The translations under genes and the position numbers were made by a program. Shown in pieces: positions 20,554-31,543 of a stretch of 64,000 nt of DNA. The notes below the pieces were generated by a model. It had not been told where the DNA came from, made no database searches, and worked only from the letters and a program-made list of their open reading frames with translations. Position 1 is the first letter of the stretch; the number at the start of each line of letters is the position of its first letter. Source of the DNA: Spirochaetaceae bacterium (GTDB lineage: Bacteria > Spirochaetota > Spirochaetia > DSM-2461); contig JAOPTT010000001.1 in NCBI GenBank assembly GCA_051531975.1, positions 64,001 to 128,000 on the forward strand, given 5' to 3'.

Positions 20554-22086
20554 TTATGATCTTTGTGATTTATACATTTTGGTATAGCTATTTATCCAGC
20601 TATCAAGTCCAATATCATAAAGTTCTGCTATAAAGTTATCCCATTCATCCATAGGTCTTGCACCCATAATAAACATGATAACCTGCTCTTCTTTCATTCT
20701 TTGTAGATCAGAATAGGTAGGTATTTCACTTTCAATAATTTCAGGATCGTATAATACTCCAGCATCCACCGGCATTTTCCCTCTAGAATAATCTAAACCA
20801 TCAGGTGTAATTCCAGAAGAAACAGTACCTACACCTAAATATCCAAAGTGTTTTGCCATGTTTGGACTATCTGTTGAAACTGCTCTTTCCATTGGAAGAC
20901 CCATAGCAAAAGCATAATCTCCTAAATATCCAGTTCTATCTTTGATAATCTCGAATTGTAATGCACTTTCATTAGACCATTTCCATAACTCATTTTCAGG
21001 ACCCATATATGCAACTTGGTGGTTTCCTGGATTTGAGTAGAAAAACTCCATTACTTTAATTACAGCTTCAGGATTTTTACATTTAGAAGAGATTAACATA
21101 CCTTCAGCTGATGCAGGTTTTATAGTTTCGGCTTTCCCATATTTACCTGATAGACCACCTTTTGGGAATACCATATTAATTCCAGGATTATTAGATTCTG
21201 TAATTGCATATGGAACAGTTACATTTGAGTACCATGATGCATTTGAAGCGACTTTTCCAGTCTTAATTAGATCTCTAATAATATTTCTATTAAGAGATGC
21301 AAACTCAGCATAAATATAACCTTTTTTATACCATTCGTTCATTTTCATAATAAAATCTTTATATTCTGGTTGTAACTCCTGTGGTTTAATTTTTCCATCA
21401 GAATCTAACCAATTACTCGCACCATATTTTGTAAATGCTCCAGCGAAAGTATTAAAAAGACCACTTGAACCATGTTTACCTTTAAGCTCTGCTAATAGAG
21501 GAATAATATCTGGTTCATTTGCTTTAATAACTTCAAAATAAGTCTCTAATTCATCAATTGTTGATGGTAGTTTTAAGCCATGTTTAGTTGCAAGATCTTC
21601 TCTAATAAACAGTGGATTTCCCATGAAAGGTGTATGTCTTGGAATACCCCATAAATTACCTTTTGTATCTGACATTGCTTCAAATGATTCTTTAGGCCAA
21701 GCTGTTTCGATTGAAGAACCATACTCATCCATTACATCATTAAGTGGCATTATCATCTTTCTTCCAGAGAAATCAGACCAACTGCCCCAAAATGCATCAA
21801 TTTGTGAACCTGAAGCAAGTAGTAAGTTTAGTTTTTGTGATTCCTGTCCAACAACAGGTGCTATAACTTCTACATCTACTCCAGTTTCTGCTAAAATCCA
21901 GGCTCTCATTGCAGCTATAGCTTGTGGAGAACTTGATGTCTCACCTCCAGCAGCACTAATTACTCCATTATTGTTATAAATAACAATTTTAGGTGCTTCA
22001 CTCTTTTTAGAGTCCTCTTTTGCTCCATTAGAAAACAGAGTTACACTAATACATAATGTAACTAACAACATAATCATTTTTTTCAT
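20554..22086 (-). CDS. Carbohydrate ABC solute-binding protein, paralog of 16810-18342
   Basis: Same length (510 aa); shared KLNLLLASG.QIDAFWG, GKAET.KPA and GLD..RGKMP.D motifs. Confidence 0.92.
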   Translation of the reverse strand: MKKMIMLLVTLCISVTLFSNGAKEDSKKSEAPKIVIYNNNGVISAAGGETSSSPQAIAAMRAWILAETGVDVEVIAPVVGQESQKLNLLLASGSQIDAFWGSWSDFSGRKMIMPLNDVMDEYGSSIETAWPKESFEAMSDTKGNLWGIPRHTPFMGNPLFIREDLATKHGLKLPSTIDELETYFEVIKANEPDIIPLLAELKGKHGSSGLFNTFAGAFTKYGASNWLDSDGKIKPQELQPEYKDFIMKMNEWYKKGYIYAEFASLNRNIIRDLIKTGKVASNASWYSNVTVPYAITESNNPGINMVFPKGGLSGKYGKAETIKPASAEGMLISSKCKNPEAVIKVMEFFYSNPGNHQVAYMGPENELWKWSNESALQFEIIKDRTGYLGDYAFAMGLPMERAVSTDSPNMAKHFGYLGVGTVSSGITPDGLDYSRGKMPVDAGVLYDPEIIESEIPTYSDLQRMKEEQVIMFIMGARPMDEWDNFIAELYDIGLDSWINSYTKMYKSQRS

Positions 22087-22220
22087 TCCAATCTCCTGTG
22101 TAAAATATTTGATTAAGTTAAGTTACACCTGCAAATAGTTGGCGTATATAATGATTTAATGACAATTATAGGCTATTAATTGATAGTATAAATAGTGCTA
22201 TTATTAGATTTTAGTGCTAT

Positions 22221-24545
22221 CTATTGCACTAGTTTCCTATGTTCTCCAGGGGTATGCCCAGTTTTCTTTTTAAAAAGTCTGATAAAATAATTACTATTAA
22301 AATATCCAACTTCTTCTGCAATTTGTGATATTCGTAGTTCTGAATCATGTAATAAAATAATAGCTTTTTTGATTCTAATATCAGTTAAATAATCAATAAA
22401 TGATATATTCATATTTTCTTTAAACAGTCTACTTACATAAGATGGGTTTAAATTTATTTTATCAGCAACAATATTTAGGTTAATATCCTGTCCATATTCA
22501 CTATTAAGAAAAGAAATTATATTATCAATATTTTCATTTTTCTTTATTTCAGATGATACAGATATATTTCTACTTATTTTAATAATGTAGTTACATAACT
22601 GAATATTAACTTCCTTTAAAGTTCTACTTTTAAATATGAGGTCCACTGGATCTTCATCATCTAATAACTTTGTATCATTTGATTTAACAACGCTTAATAT
22701 ATCTAATACAAAAGATAAATATATATGTTTAGCACTAATAAAACTAATTTCTTGCCTTTTATCTGTTAACTCTTTATATACCTCATTTATTAAACTTGTA
22801 GCTTCTTCCAAATTGCCAGTTTTAATAAACTCTTTTAACAGATCAGAACGAATCCCAGGATCAAAGCTATTTTTTTTATCTTTTAATCTATCCATATCAC
22901 CAAAATATATTAGTTGCCCGGTACCAGATAGTGTTCGGAATTTTACAGAGTCAGTAGCTTGAGTAAAAGATAGTGGCAGATCAAAGATTGTTCTTGCAGG
23001 TGTTCCTAATCCAATTGTTACATCAAATCCAGTTACTTCTTTTATTTTACTCATTAATCCATATATTCTTGGATATGTACTATCTATATTTATATCGTTC
23101 AGATTATATATAACACATATTTCAGTTGATGAAAGTGAAAAATATTCACCTTTATACCTTGTAAAAAAATACTCAATTATTAACTGTTGTATTTTAATTA
23201 AAACTAGGATCTTTTCCTCTAACGAGATTGAATTAATTGTATAAAAATCTGCTAAAATTATAAATGTTCCTAGGTTTTCCATTTGTAAATCAGATTTTAT
23301 AAACTGTAACCTTTCAGTAATATCATCAATTTTATAATCATTATTATTTGTTATTTTTGCAAAAAAGTCCTTTTTATACGATGGAAGACTCTCCTCAAAC
23401 TGTTTCTTTAATTCTAATCTTTGAGACCTGTATCTATTTAAAGATTTTTGTATCAATGTTAAATCTCCATAAGTGGGTACATTCTCATCATCTATAGATC
23501 CTGCATACTTAGAAAGTTTATTTATTGGAGAGTATAGTCGCTTACTTAGAAAATATACTAAAAAAAGAGATATTATAAAGAATATTAGAGAAATTAGAAA
23601 TATACGAAGTTTAAAAGGTTTAATTATATTAGTAAGATTTTCTGATCCAGATACTGAGTAAATAGTCCAACCTAATCCTGTAACATTCAGACTATTTATC
23701 ATATATTTTTTGTCATAAATAGTTTGAAAGTCATCAAAACTAGTAACGTTTGATGATAATATTGATATATGATTTATAATATCTTCATTTTCTGATGAAT
23801 AGAGTAGTGGATCTCCAGTTTTAGATAATATAAAGAAAAAATCATTGTTATTCCAATTAACACTATCTAGTATCTTTTTATACAAAATTTCTGTATCAAT
23901 ATTAATTACAAAAGGAATTTCATCTGTAATATTCTCAAATATGATCGATATAACATTCTTTTTAGATTTAACATTTTCACCTACAAATCTGCTAGGCATA
24001 ATGTAAGGTAAAAGGTTTCCATCTTTTATAACATTTAACCACTCTTTATCTTCAAAGATATTAAGATCAACTGGTAATTTCCCATTTTTAAATATTTTTT
24101 TTCTAGAAGTATCATAAAAGTATATAGAATCAATAAAAGGATTAGACAGCGTTATAGTATCCAATTTACTATATATTTCACCACGAAGTTTTAAGTATTC
24201 GTAAAACCTTTTAAAATCCTTGGTTGTATAATCTTTTGATTTATATGAAAAGTCTTCAAAGTACTCTTTATCCAAAATCCTAACATAGTCACTAAAACTA
24301 TCATCAATGGATAATAACTTTGAAAAATCTAAAATATTATCTATAGCAATTTCCAGGGAGTTACTCATCTGTTCCAGGTATATGGTGTTTGCCTCTTTTG
24401 CTTTAATTGTTATTAACTGGATATAATTTTGTGAAAAAATGAATGTAACTATAAGTGAAGGGAATACTGAAATAATTAGAATGTTTAAAATTATTTTATA
24501 ATAATAGTTCCCTCTATTTTTAATTATATGGTCTAGTTTTTTCAT
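22221..24545 (-). CDS. Membrane-anchored AraC-family regulator with extracytoplasmic Cache-like sensor
   Basis: Two TM helices flanking a ~280-aa domain; C-terminal AraC HTH (VGYFNSNYFIRLFKK). Confidence 0.9.
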   Translation of the reverse strand: MKKLDHIIKNRGNYYYKIILNILIISVFPSLIVTFIFSQNYIQLITIKAKEANTIYLEQMSNSLEIAIDNILDFSKLLSIDDSFSDYVRILDKEYFEDFSYKSKDYTTKDFKRFYEYLKLRGEIYSKLDTITLSNPFIDSIYFYDTSRKKIFKNGKLPVDLNIFEDKEWLNVIKDGNLLPYIMPSRFVGENVKSKKNVISIIFENITDEIPFVINIDTEILYKKILDSVNWNNNDFFFILSKTGDPLLYSSENEDIINHISILSSNVTSFDDFQTIYDKKYMINSLNVTGLGWTIYSVSGSENLTNIIKPFKLRIFLISLIFFIISLFLVYFLSKRLYSPINKLSKYAGSIDDENVPTYGDLTLIQKSLNRYRSQRLELKKQFEESLPSYKKDFFAKITNNNDYKIDDITERLQFIKSDLQMENLGTFIILADFYTINSISLEEKILVLIKIQQLIIEYFFTRYKGEYFSLSSTEICVIYNLNDINIDSTYPRIYGLMSKIKEVTGFDVTIGLGTPARTIFDLPLSFTQATDSVKFRTLSGTGQLIYFGDMDRLKDKKNSFDPGIRSDLLKEFIKTGNLEEATSLINEVYKELTDKRQEISFISAKHIYLSFVLDILSVVKSNDTKLLDDEDPVDLIFKSRTLKEVNIQLCNYIIKISRNISVSSEIKKNENIDNIISFLNSEYGQDINLNIVADKINLNPSYVSRLFKENMNISFIDYLTDIRIKKAIILLHDSELRISQIAEEVGYFNSNYFIRLFKKKTGHTPGEHRKLVQ

Positions 24546-24652
24546 AAATTCCCTTAAAAAAAAGTATTTTTGATTAATCTATTATATACCATTTTATTGG
24601 CTTTATATAATAAAATAAAGTATAATATACAAAAATATAGAGGTGTATACAT

Positions 24653-25309
24653 ATGGAAAGTTTCATTATTAATAATTATATAAATTTAATCTGGGACTAT
24701 CATCAGCTTTATAACAAACCTGAAAAAGCTGACTGTATTTTTACCCTAGGAAGTAATGATCAACGTATTGCAGAGTATGCTTCAAATCTTTATCTAGATG
24801 GTTTTGCTCCATATCTAATATTCTCTGGAGGAATTGCTCATAGTGGAGATCTGTTATCAACAGGTTGGGATAAAAGTGAAGCTGAAATATTTGCTGACGT
24901 AGCTATTAATATGGGAGTTCCAAAAGATAAAATAATCATAGAAAAGCAAGCAAAAAATACAGGAGAAAATGTTCTGTTTACAGAAAAGATTTTAAAAGAA
25001 AAAAACATTAAATTTGATAAAATTATCGCAGTTCAAAAACCGTATATGGAAAGAAGAACATACGCGACTATTAAAGTTCATTGGCCACATAAAAATGTAA
25101 TAGTAACTTCTCCTAATATAAGTCTCGAAGAGTACCCAACTTCCAATATTAAAAAAGGAGACGTAATTAATATTATGGTTGGGGATCTTCAAAGGATAAT
25201 GGATTATCCGGCTTTGGGTTATCAAATAAAGCAGGAAGTTCCGGATAACGTAAAACATGCTTATAAAAAACTAGTTGAATTTGGTTTTGATAAGCACCTA
25301 ATACATTAA
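24653..25309 (+). CDS. YdcF/DUF218-family protein
   Basis: [25 protein letters not shown] motifs. Confidence 0.88.
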   Translation: MESFIINNYINLIWDYHQLYNKPEKADCIFTLGSNDQRIAEYASNLYLDGFAPYLIFSGGIAHSGDLLSTGWDKSEAEIFADVAINMGVPKDKIIIEKQAKNTGENVLFTEKILKEKNIKFDKIIAVQKPYMERRTYATIKVHWPHKNVIVTSPNISLEEYPTSNIKKGDVINIMVGDLQRIMDYPALGYQIKQEVPDNVKHAYKKLVEFGFDKHLIH

Positions 25310-27144
25310 ACTGTTTGAAACTCATTAACCTCGTCATTAATTTCTCTACTTACAACTTCAACTCGATCTGTTATCTCTTTTAATCCAGACATAGCATCTG
25401 TTATCTCTCTAAATCCAATATTTACTTCTGAAATTGAACATGTAACAGAGTTAGATATATCTGAAACATTTGATATTAAGGAATTTATCGACATTGCACT
25501 ACTGTTCATAGATTCTGATTTATCCTGAACTGTTGATGATATATTTTCCAATCTTTCCATGGTTTTTAATATTTGATCACCATCGATATTAAGTTTCGAA
25601 GTACTATGTGAAACTTTATTAAGTTCTTCAGAAATTACTTTTATTCTCTCATTTATTTTTAAAAATGCCTCTCTTGTATTTTGACCAGCTGATGAGGCAT
25701 TTTCAAATTTAGTAATTATATATTTCAAATTCGAACTAATATCCTTACTATTCTGCGTTGATGCAACAGCAAGTTTTCTTATTTCATCTGCAACTACTGC
25801 AAATCCCTTTCCCGCATCACCTGCGTGAGCGGCTTCAATTGCAGCATTCATAGATAATAAATTAGTCTGATCTGAAATATTCTGAATTATCTCAGTCATA
25901 CTGTTTATCTCATTTACTGATGAGTTTATATCATCAATTATATCGTTTGTCTCTGAAAGTTTTTCATCACCTTCTAAGACAGTACGTTCAAGTAATTTTA
26001 GAATATCCTTATTATGATTAGTCATTAAGGATATCTCAGAAATGGAGCTAATCATATTTGATATGGAGTCCCCGGACTCTTTAACCATTGTTATCTGTTT
26101 AAAAATGTACTCATTTAATTCACTTGAGAACTCAGAAATCTCTACTGAATCCTGTTTCGATTGATTTATATGGTTATCTAACATAGAAATTTTACTATCT
26201 ATGGAATTTATATTTGCTGATATTTCTACTGCCGCTGCTGAAGTTTCTGTTGTTGTAGCTACTAACTCTTCTTTAACTTCTTCGTTAATTCTAGAAGAAT
26301 TTTTTATTTTATTTAACGAGCTGCTTAACCATGATTGGAATGTACTCATTTTATCACTAAGTAATCCAATCTCATCACTGGATTTAACATGAATATTATG
26401 GATAAGATTACCTGTAGCCATCACTGATAGGCTACTCTCCAGTTTTTTTATAGATTTTGTAATTTTAGAAGCACTTGTTATAGAAACAATTACTGAAATA
26501 AGTAGTGTCGATAACATTATTCCCATAGTAATAAATAGTCCTATTCTTTTAAAATAGGCAGCATAATTATCAATAATAATATATTGATCATGAATAGCTC
26601 TTTCCGAGGATTCAAGAGTTAGGATTACAACTCCCAGTTGTTTTTTTATTGTATTATTTAACCCTGATAGCTCATTAAAATATGGTAATAATTTTGTTTT
26701 TGACCTGTTTATATCCTGGATTGCAAATGATGAATCTAAACTATCAATTGTATTAAATAAAGCGTTTATTGATGTATATAATTTATCTTCCGCTTTACTC
26801 TGAAGTAACTCTAGATCAACTATTGTATCTAAAGCAACTTTTACATCTAAACTAAGGTTAGGAAGTGATTTGAAATCTTTAACTCTAAAGATAGAAGTTT
26901 TTTTAAGGTTAACAATATCTTTTAGTTCCTTGGATTGTTTTAAAATAGGAGTTCTATCTGTTAGGAATTTAGTTAATTCGATTATTTCCATTTTCATTAA
27001 AGAGCTTATTGTTTCAAGTTCTTTTTTTTCGTTTTCAATTTTAGTTATTCTGAGTTGAAAACCAATATATGAACCCATTGATATGATCATAGCGGTTAAA
27101 ATTGAAAAAATTAGGGTCAGTAATTTTGCCTTAATTTTCATCAT
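25306..27144 (-). CDS. Methyl-accepting chemotaxis protein
   Basis: Two TM helices, HAMP (DEIG.L), signalling hairpin [34 protein letters not shown]. Confidence 0.95.
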   Translation of the reverse strand: MMKIKAKLLTLIFSILTAMIISMGSYIGFQLRITKIENEKKELETISSLMKMEIIELTKFLTDRTPILKQSKELKDIVNLKKTSIFRVKDFKSLPNLSLDVKVALDTIVDLELLQSKAEDKLYTSINALFNTIDSLDSSFAIQDINRSKTKLLPYFNELSGLNNTIKKQLGVVILTLESSERAIHDQYIIIDNYAAYFKRIGLFITMGIMLSTLLISVIVSITSASKITKSIKKLESSLSVMATGNLIHNIHVKSSDEIGLLSDKMSTFQSWLSSSLNKIKNSSRINEEVKEELVATTTETSAAAVEISANINSIDSKISMLDNHINQSKQDSVEISEFSSELNEYIFKQITMVKESGDSISNMISSISEISLMTNHNKDILKLLERTVLEGDEKLSETNDIIDDINSSVNEINSMTEIIQNISDQTNLLSMNAAIEAAHAGDAGKGFAVVADEIRKLAVASTQNSKDISSNLKYIITKFENASSAGQNTREAFLKINERIKVISEELNKVSHSTSKLNIDGDQILKTMERLENISSTVQDKSESMNSSAMSINSLISNVSDISNSVTCSISEVNIGFREITDAMSGLKEITDRVEVVSREINDEVNEFQTV

Positions 27145-27595
27145 TTACTCTTATTTTAAACACCAATTTTTTAACCATAGATTTTTGATTATATAATAGT
27201 GCTGGAGTATGCAACTCTCCTGGCATTACTAATACAAAGTAACCATTTTTCAGATGGAAATTATATCCTTCAGATAATTTAAAAAACTCAATATCATTAT
27301 CTTTGTTATATTCCTCTTTGATCTCCTGGTTATTAAAAGGTAAAACTCTAAATAGTTCATCACCTTCAACTAAGAGTTGTATATCAATATAGTTTTTATG
27401 GGATTCATATACGCAGTCGATACTATCTTTGGTTTCATACTCAAATAACATGACAAATACTTTATCACCATCAATCTCATATTTCCCAGGTTTTAATTTG
27501 TTAAAATCCATGTCTTTCATATAATTAAGTGCAATATCAAGGTTATTAGAAAGCCCTAAGTATTGATCAGTATTTTCTATCTTGTCATATATCAT
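27131..27595 (-). CDS. YhcH/YjgK/YiaL (NanQ-like) family protein
   Basis: GKYEIDG, ESH..YIDIQ..V.G.E, PGELH.P motifs; follows the nanA-like gene. Confidence 0.9.
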   Translation of the reverse strand: MIYDKIENTDQYLGLSNNLDIALNYMKDMDFNKLKPGKYEIDGDKVFVMLFEYETKDSIDCVYESHKNYIDIQLLVEGDELFRVLPFNNQEIKEEYNKDNDIEFFKLSEGYNFHLKNGYFVLVMPGELHTPALLYNQKSMVKKLVFKIRVNDEN

Positions 27596-27605
27596 AATAT
27601 CTCCT

Positions 27606-27648
27606 AAATAAAACCTCTGCCCATCTGTGGAGGATTCTAGGCAGAGGT
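27606..27648 (-). terminator. Terminator-like or stabilising hairpin between the nanA-like and yhcH-like genes
   Basis: Minus strand ACCTCTGCC-N18-GGCAGAGGT-TTTATTT. Confidence 0.6.
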
Positions 27649-27655
27649 AAAAAAT

Positions 27656-28582
27656 TTAAATAACGTCTAAAAAGTCTATTCCTGTTATGTTATATTCTTT
27701 TTTAAGAGCTCTAAACTCTTCTTTCATTACTTCTTCTTCCTGAAGTGTATAGTTCTTAAAAGGTCTTCTACAGTATCCAGCATCTACACCCATCCAAGCT
27801 AATGCACGTTTCATAGTTCCTACATAGTTTTTTTGAACAGCATGCATAATTATTGCATTGGCAAATTTTTGTTTCTCTTTTGCAGTTGGTAGATCGTTAT
27901 TATTCATAGCGTTATATATATCAATAAATACTTCTGGCATTAAGTTGTAAAATGAACCAATTAGACCATCTGCTCCAAATGCCATTCCTGACATTGACAT
28001 CTCATCACTACCTGAATAGATTAAAAAATCATCTCCAAGGTCCTTTTTTAATCTCATGATATCAAAGTGAGTTGAAGCCGTAAATTTCAGACCTTTAACA
28101 CCTTCAATCTCTGCAAATCTCTTAACCTGCTCATAACTTTGTAAACCAGCAAGCATTATGTTATATACGATCATTGGTAAAGATGTAGACTCTGTAATAT
28201 CTTTATAATAGTTAAATACATCATCTGCATTAAATCTCCAATAAAACGGAGGCACAGAGGAAATTGCATCTGCACCTTTCTCTTCAGCATGTTTAGCAAG
28301 ATCAATAGAAATTTTTGTTCCAATAGCACCTACGTGTACAATTATTGGAATTCTTCCTGCAGCCTGATCAATAACAACTTCAACAACAGTTTTTCTCTCT
28401 TCCGGAGTCATTAAAAAACCTTCACCAGTACTACCTGTTAGGTATAAACCATCAACTTTTTTACTAATTAAATGCTCAACAACAGCTCGCATTCTCTTTT
28501 CATCAAAGTTCTCGTTTTCATCAAACGTTGTAATTAACGCTGGGATAACACCTTTAATATCCTTAATCTCAAAATTAGCCAT
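27656..28582 (-). CDS. nanA: N-acetylneuraminate lyase-like aldolase (DHDPS/NAL family)
   Basis: GSTGE, IVYN, Schiff-base KFT, GSDEM and IGSFYN (NAL-type rather than DapA-type); yhcH neighbour. Start ATG 28582. Confidence 0.78.
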   Translation of the reverse strand: MANFEIKDIKGVIPALITTFDENENFDEKRMRAVVEHLISKKVDGLYLTGSTGEGFLMTPEERKTVVEVVIDQAAGRIPIIVHVGAIGTKISIDLAKHAEEKGADAISSVPPFYWRFNADDVFNYYKDITESTSLPMIVYNIMLAGLQSYEQVKRFAEIEGVKGLKFTASTHFDIMRLKKDLGDDFLIYSGSDEMSMSGMAFGADGLIGSFYNLMPEVFIDIYNAMNNNDLPTAKEKQKFANAIIMHAVQKNYVGTMKRALAWMGVDAGYCRRPFKNYTLQEEEVMKEEFRALKKEYNITGIDFLDVI

Positions 28583-28596
28583 ATATTCCTCTCTTC

Positions 28597-29598
28597 TTAT
28601 TTTATAAAATGACAAGATGCAAAATGTTCTATTCCATCTGTGCCATAATTTTTTAGTTTTGGTACTACTGTTTTGCAAATATCTTTGCATTCAGGACATC
28701 TAGGATGAAATGGGCAACCTGATGGTGGATTAACTGGACTTGGGACATCCCCTTCCAGAATTATTCTTTTAGTTTTTTTATTCAGGTCTGCTACTGGGAT
28801 TGCCGATAAAAGTGCTCTTGTATATGGGTGCAAAGTATTTTTATATAGCTCTTCACTCTCGGTTAATTCAACAATTTTACCAAGATACATAACTGCAACT
28901 CTGTCACTTATATACTCAACAACACTTAGGTCATGGGTAATAAACAGATAGGTTAAATTACGTTCATCCTTTAACTTTTTGAGTAGCTTAAGAACTTGAG
29001 CCTGAATTGATACATCTAAAGCACTTACTGCTTCATCGCAAATTATAACTTCAGGATTAATACTAAGTGCTCTAGCAATTCCAATTCTTTGTCTCTGACC
29101 ACCGGAAAATTCATGGGGATAACGGTCCATATATTCAGGTCTTAAGTTAACAGCTTCTAAAAGATCACCTATAATTTTTCTTCTCTCTTCTCTGGTTTTA
29201 ACACCATACTTTTTTAATGGATCAGATAGAGATCCAAAGACAGTAAACGCAGGATTCAGTGATGAATGAGGATCCTGAAATACTATTTGTAACTTCTTTC
29301 TATATGGATCCATCTCTTTATGGTTTAGAGTACGAAGGTTAACCTCTGTATCACTGTTTTTATAGATAATATCGCCACCAGTGGACTCAATTAATTGAAG
29401 AATAGATTTACCAAGTGTTGTTTTTCCACAACCACTCTCACCTACAATTCCTAATGTTTCACCTTTATATATATCAATATCAATACCATCTACAGCTTTG
29501 ACATGACCTGTAATTTTTTTGAATACACCTGTTCGGATCGGAAAATGGGTTTTCATACCTCGAAGTTTTAAAATAACCTCTCTCTTCTCTTTAGTCAT
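28597..29598 (-). CDS. Opp/Dpp-type ABC ATP-binding protein (OppF-like)
   Basis: GESGCGKT, FSGGQRQR, DEAVSALD, GCPFHPRC. Start ATG 29598. Confidence 0.95.
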   Translation of the reverse strand: MTKEKREVILKLRGMKTHFPIRTGVFKKITGHVKAVDGIDIDIYKGETLGIVGESGCGKTTLGKSILQLIESTGGDIIYKNSDTEVNLRTLNHKEMDPYRKKLQIVFQDPHSSLNPAFTVFGSLSDPLKKYGVKTREERRKIIGDLLEAVNLRPEYMDRYPHEFSGGQRQRIGIARALSINPEVIICDEAVSALDVSIQAQVLKLLKKLKDERNLTYLFITHDLSVVEYISDRVAVMYLGKIVELTESEELYKNTLHPYTRALLSAIPVADLNKKTKRIILEGDVPSPVNPPSGCPFHPRCPECKDICKTVVPKLKNYGTDGIEHFASCHFIK

Positions 29599-30595
29599 TT
29601 TTAGTTGCCTCCATATAATTCCAGCACATAACCTTGTGACTTTCTGAAATATCAACATTTTTAGGAATGTTAAAGCATGTTTCAGTCGCAAAATCGCATC
29701 TTGGACTAAACTGACAACCTTTTGGTCTATTTAACGGGTCAGGTGTAGAGCCTTTAATGGCTTCAAGTTCCTGATTTTTCCCTAGTCCTAATACAGGAAT
29801 TGATGTTAAAAGAGCTTTAGTATATGGGTGTGTAGGTCTATTAAGAATATCTTCTACAGTTCCACTCTCTACAATATTACCCATATACATAACTGCTACG
29901 TCGTCTGCTAACTCTGTAACAACACCCATGTCGTGGGTTATCAACATAATTGCGGTGTTATAGTCCTTCTTTAACTTCTCCATAAGCTCAAAAATTTGTG
30001 CCTGAATAGTGACATCCAAAGCAGTTGTAGGTTCATCGGCTATTAAAACCTGGGGATTACAAGACATTGCCATTGCGATCATAGCTCTCTGTCTCATTCC
30101 TCCTGAAAATTGGTGAGGATACTCTTTTGCCCTTAGTTCAGGAGAAGGTATTCCCATTGACTTAAGTAGTTCAACAGCTTTAAATCCTGCTTCTTTTTTT
30201 GATAATTCAGAATGATAGATAATATTTTCAGCTATCTGGTCTCCAACTTTAAATACTGGATTAAGTGCAGTCATAGGGTCTTGGAAAATCATTGCAATTT
30301 CCCCTCCGCGAATTGATCGCATCTTTGAACCATTTTGTTCCAATTCGTCAATTCTTAGAGCACCACCATCTCTATGGTATATGATCTCTCCCTCTTCAAT
30401 TCTAGAGAGTTTAGGTAGCAGCCCCATAATTGATGCAGCAGTAACACTTTTACCACATCCACTCTCACCAACTATGCAGAGAGTTTTTCCCTTTCTTACT
30501 TTAAAAGAGACTCCATTTAGAGCTTTATTACATCTTTTGTTAGTATAGAAGAATGTTTTTAAGTTATTAACTTCTATTATTGTATCGTTATTCAT
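29591..30595 (-). CDS. Opp/Dpp-type ABC ATP-binding protein (OppD-like)
   Basis: GESGCGKS, FSGGMRQR, DEPTTALD. Confidence 0.95.
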   Translation of the reverse strand: MNNDTIIEVNNLKTFFYTNKRCNKALNGVSFKVRKGKTLCIVGESGCGKSVTAASIMGLLPKLSRIEEGEIIYHRDGGALRIDELEQNGSKMRSIRGGEIAMIFQDPMTALNPVFKVGDQIAENIIYHSELSKKEAGFKAVELLKSMGIPSPELRAKEYPHQFSGGMRQRAMIAMAMSCNPQVLIADEPTTALDVTIQAQIFELMEKLKKDYNTAIMLITHDMGVVTELADDVAVMYMGNIVESGTVEDILNRPTHPYTKALLTSIPVLGLGKNQELEAIKGSTPDPLNRPKGCQFSPRCDFATETCFNIPKNVDISESHKVMCWNYMEATKND

Positions 30596-30605
30596 TAATA
30601 TCCCC

Positions 30606-31535
30606 CTATCCCTGTTGTGATGGATCTGTAGAATCTCTTAGTCCATCTCCAATAAAGTTAACACTTAGTACAAAAAGGGATATAACTATTCCTACTGGTA
30701 GCCATAACCACCAACTATTCTGAAGTATTCTTAATTCCTGTGCAGAGTTTAGGATATTACCCCAAGTTGCAATATTCATTGGAACACCTAGACCTAAAAA
30801 GCTTAGAGCAGCTTCCTGAAGAATAAACATAGCAGTACTAAGTGTTATATTTACCATAATTGGTCCTAAAGCATTAGGTAGTATATGTTTATAACATATT
30901 GTAAAAGTATTTAGACCAAATGCATTTAAAGCCTGTACATACTCCTCTTCTCTTAATGACAACATCTTAGCTCTAGACATCCTGTACATAGGAGCCCAAC
31001 CAGTAAGAACAAATATTACAATCAGATTCATTAAACTCTGACCTAATATTGAAACTAATAGAAGAACAAGTATTATTTGTGGAAATGACATAAATATTTC
31101 TGATAGTCTCAAAAATAGACCATCAATTAGCCCACCCTTATATCCTGCATAACAACCAATAGTTACACCTATTAATGCTGCTCCTAATGCTGATCCCAAA
31201 CCAACTAATATAGAAACACGACCACCATAAATTATTCTTGAATAAATATCTCGACCAACCCTATCGGTACCTAAAAAATGGTCAGCTGATGGAGGCCTAA
31301 GTGCACTTTTTAAATTAATCGCCAATGGATCATGTGTTGATATTAGCGGAGCAAATATTGTACATAACATTATTATTAAAAAGATTATTATTCCCGATAC
31401 TGCGAGTTTATTATTTAACATCTTTCTTAATTGTCGATTCATACTACTTTTTTTTAGTAGACCTGCTTCTTCCTGAGCTCTCAACTTATCGAAACTCTTA
31501 TGTAATTTTCTGTTTTTTTGCTTAAATATACTCAT
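30606..31535 (-). CDS. Opp/Dpp-type ABC permease (OppC-like)
   Basis: HFLGTD..GRD, HILPN, LSFLGLG, NFIGDGLRD. Confidence 0.95.
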   Translation of the reverse strand: MSIFKQKNRKLHKSFDKLRAQEEAGLLKKSSMNRQLRKMLNNKLAVSGIIIFLIIMLCTIFAPLISTHDPLAINLKSALRPPSADHFLGTDRVGRDIYSRIIYGGRVSILVGLGSALGAALIGVTIGCYAGYKGGLIDGLFLRLSEIFMSFPQIILVLLLVSILGQSLMNLIVIFVLTGWAPMYRMSRAKMLSLREEEYVQALNAFGLNTFTICYKHILPNALGPIMVNITLSTAMFILQEAALSFLGLGVPMNIATWGNILNSAQELRILQNSWWLWLPVGIVISLFVLSVNFIGDGLRDSTDPSQQG

Positions 31536-31543
31536 AAGGCCCC

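Noticed and set aside
18410..22220. Shared ATGACAAT upstream of both duplicated SBPs, and a TAGTGCTAT repeat at 22193/22212
   Set aside because: Plausible AraC sites but short, AT-rich and inconsistently positioned.
24644..24651. Perfect TGTATACA between the RBS and start of the YdcF gene
   Set aside because: No clear 10-bp-phased partner and no promoter overlap; may be chance, so not counted in the regulon.
27656..28690. Annotation as dapA, and the 344-aa length
   Set aside because: Motifs GSDEM/GSFYN and the yhcH neighbour fit the NAL branch. The N-terminal extension overlaps the upstream ATPase gene, and the RBS supports 28582.
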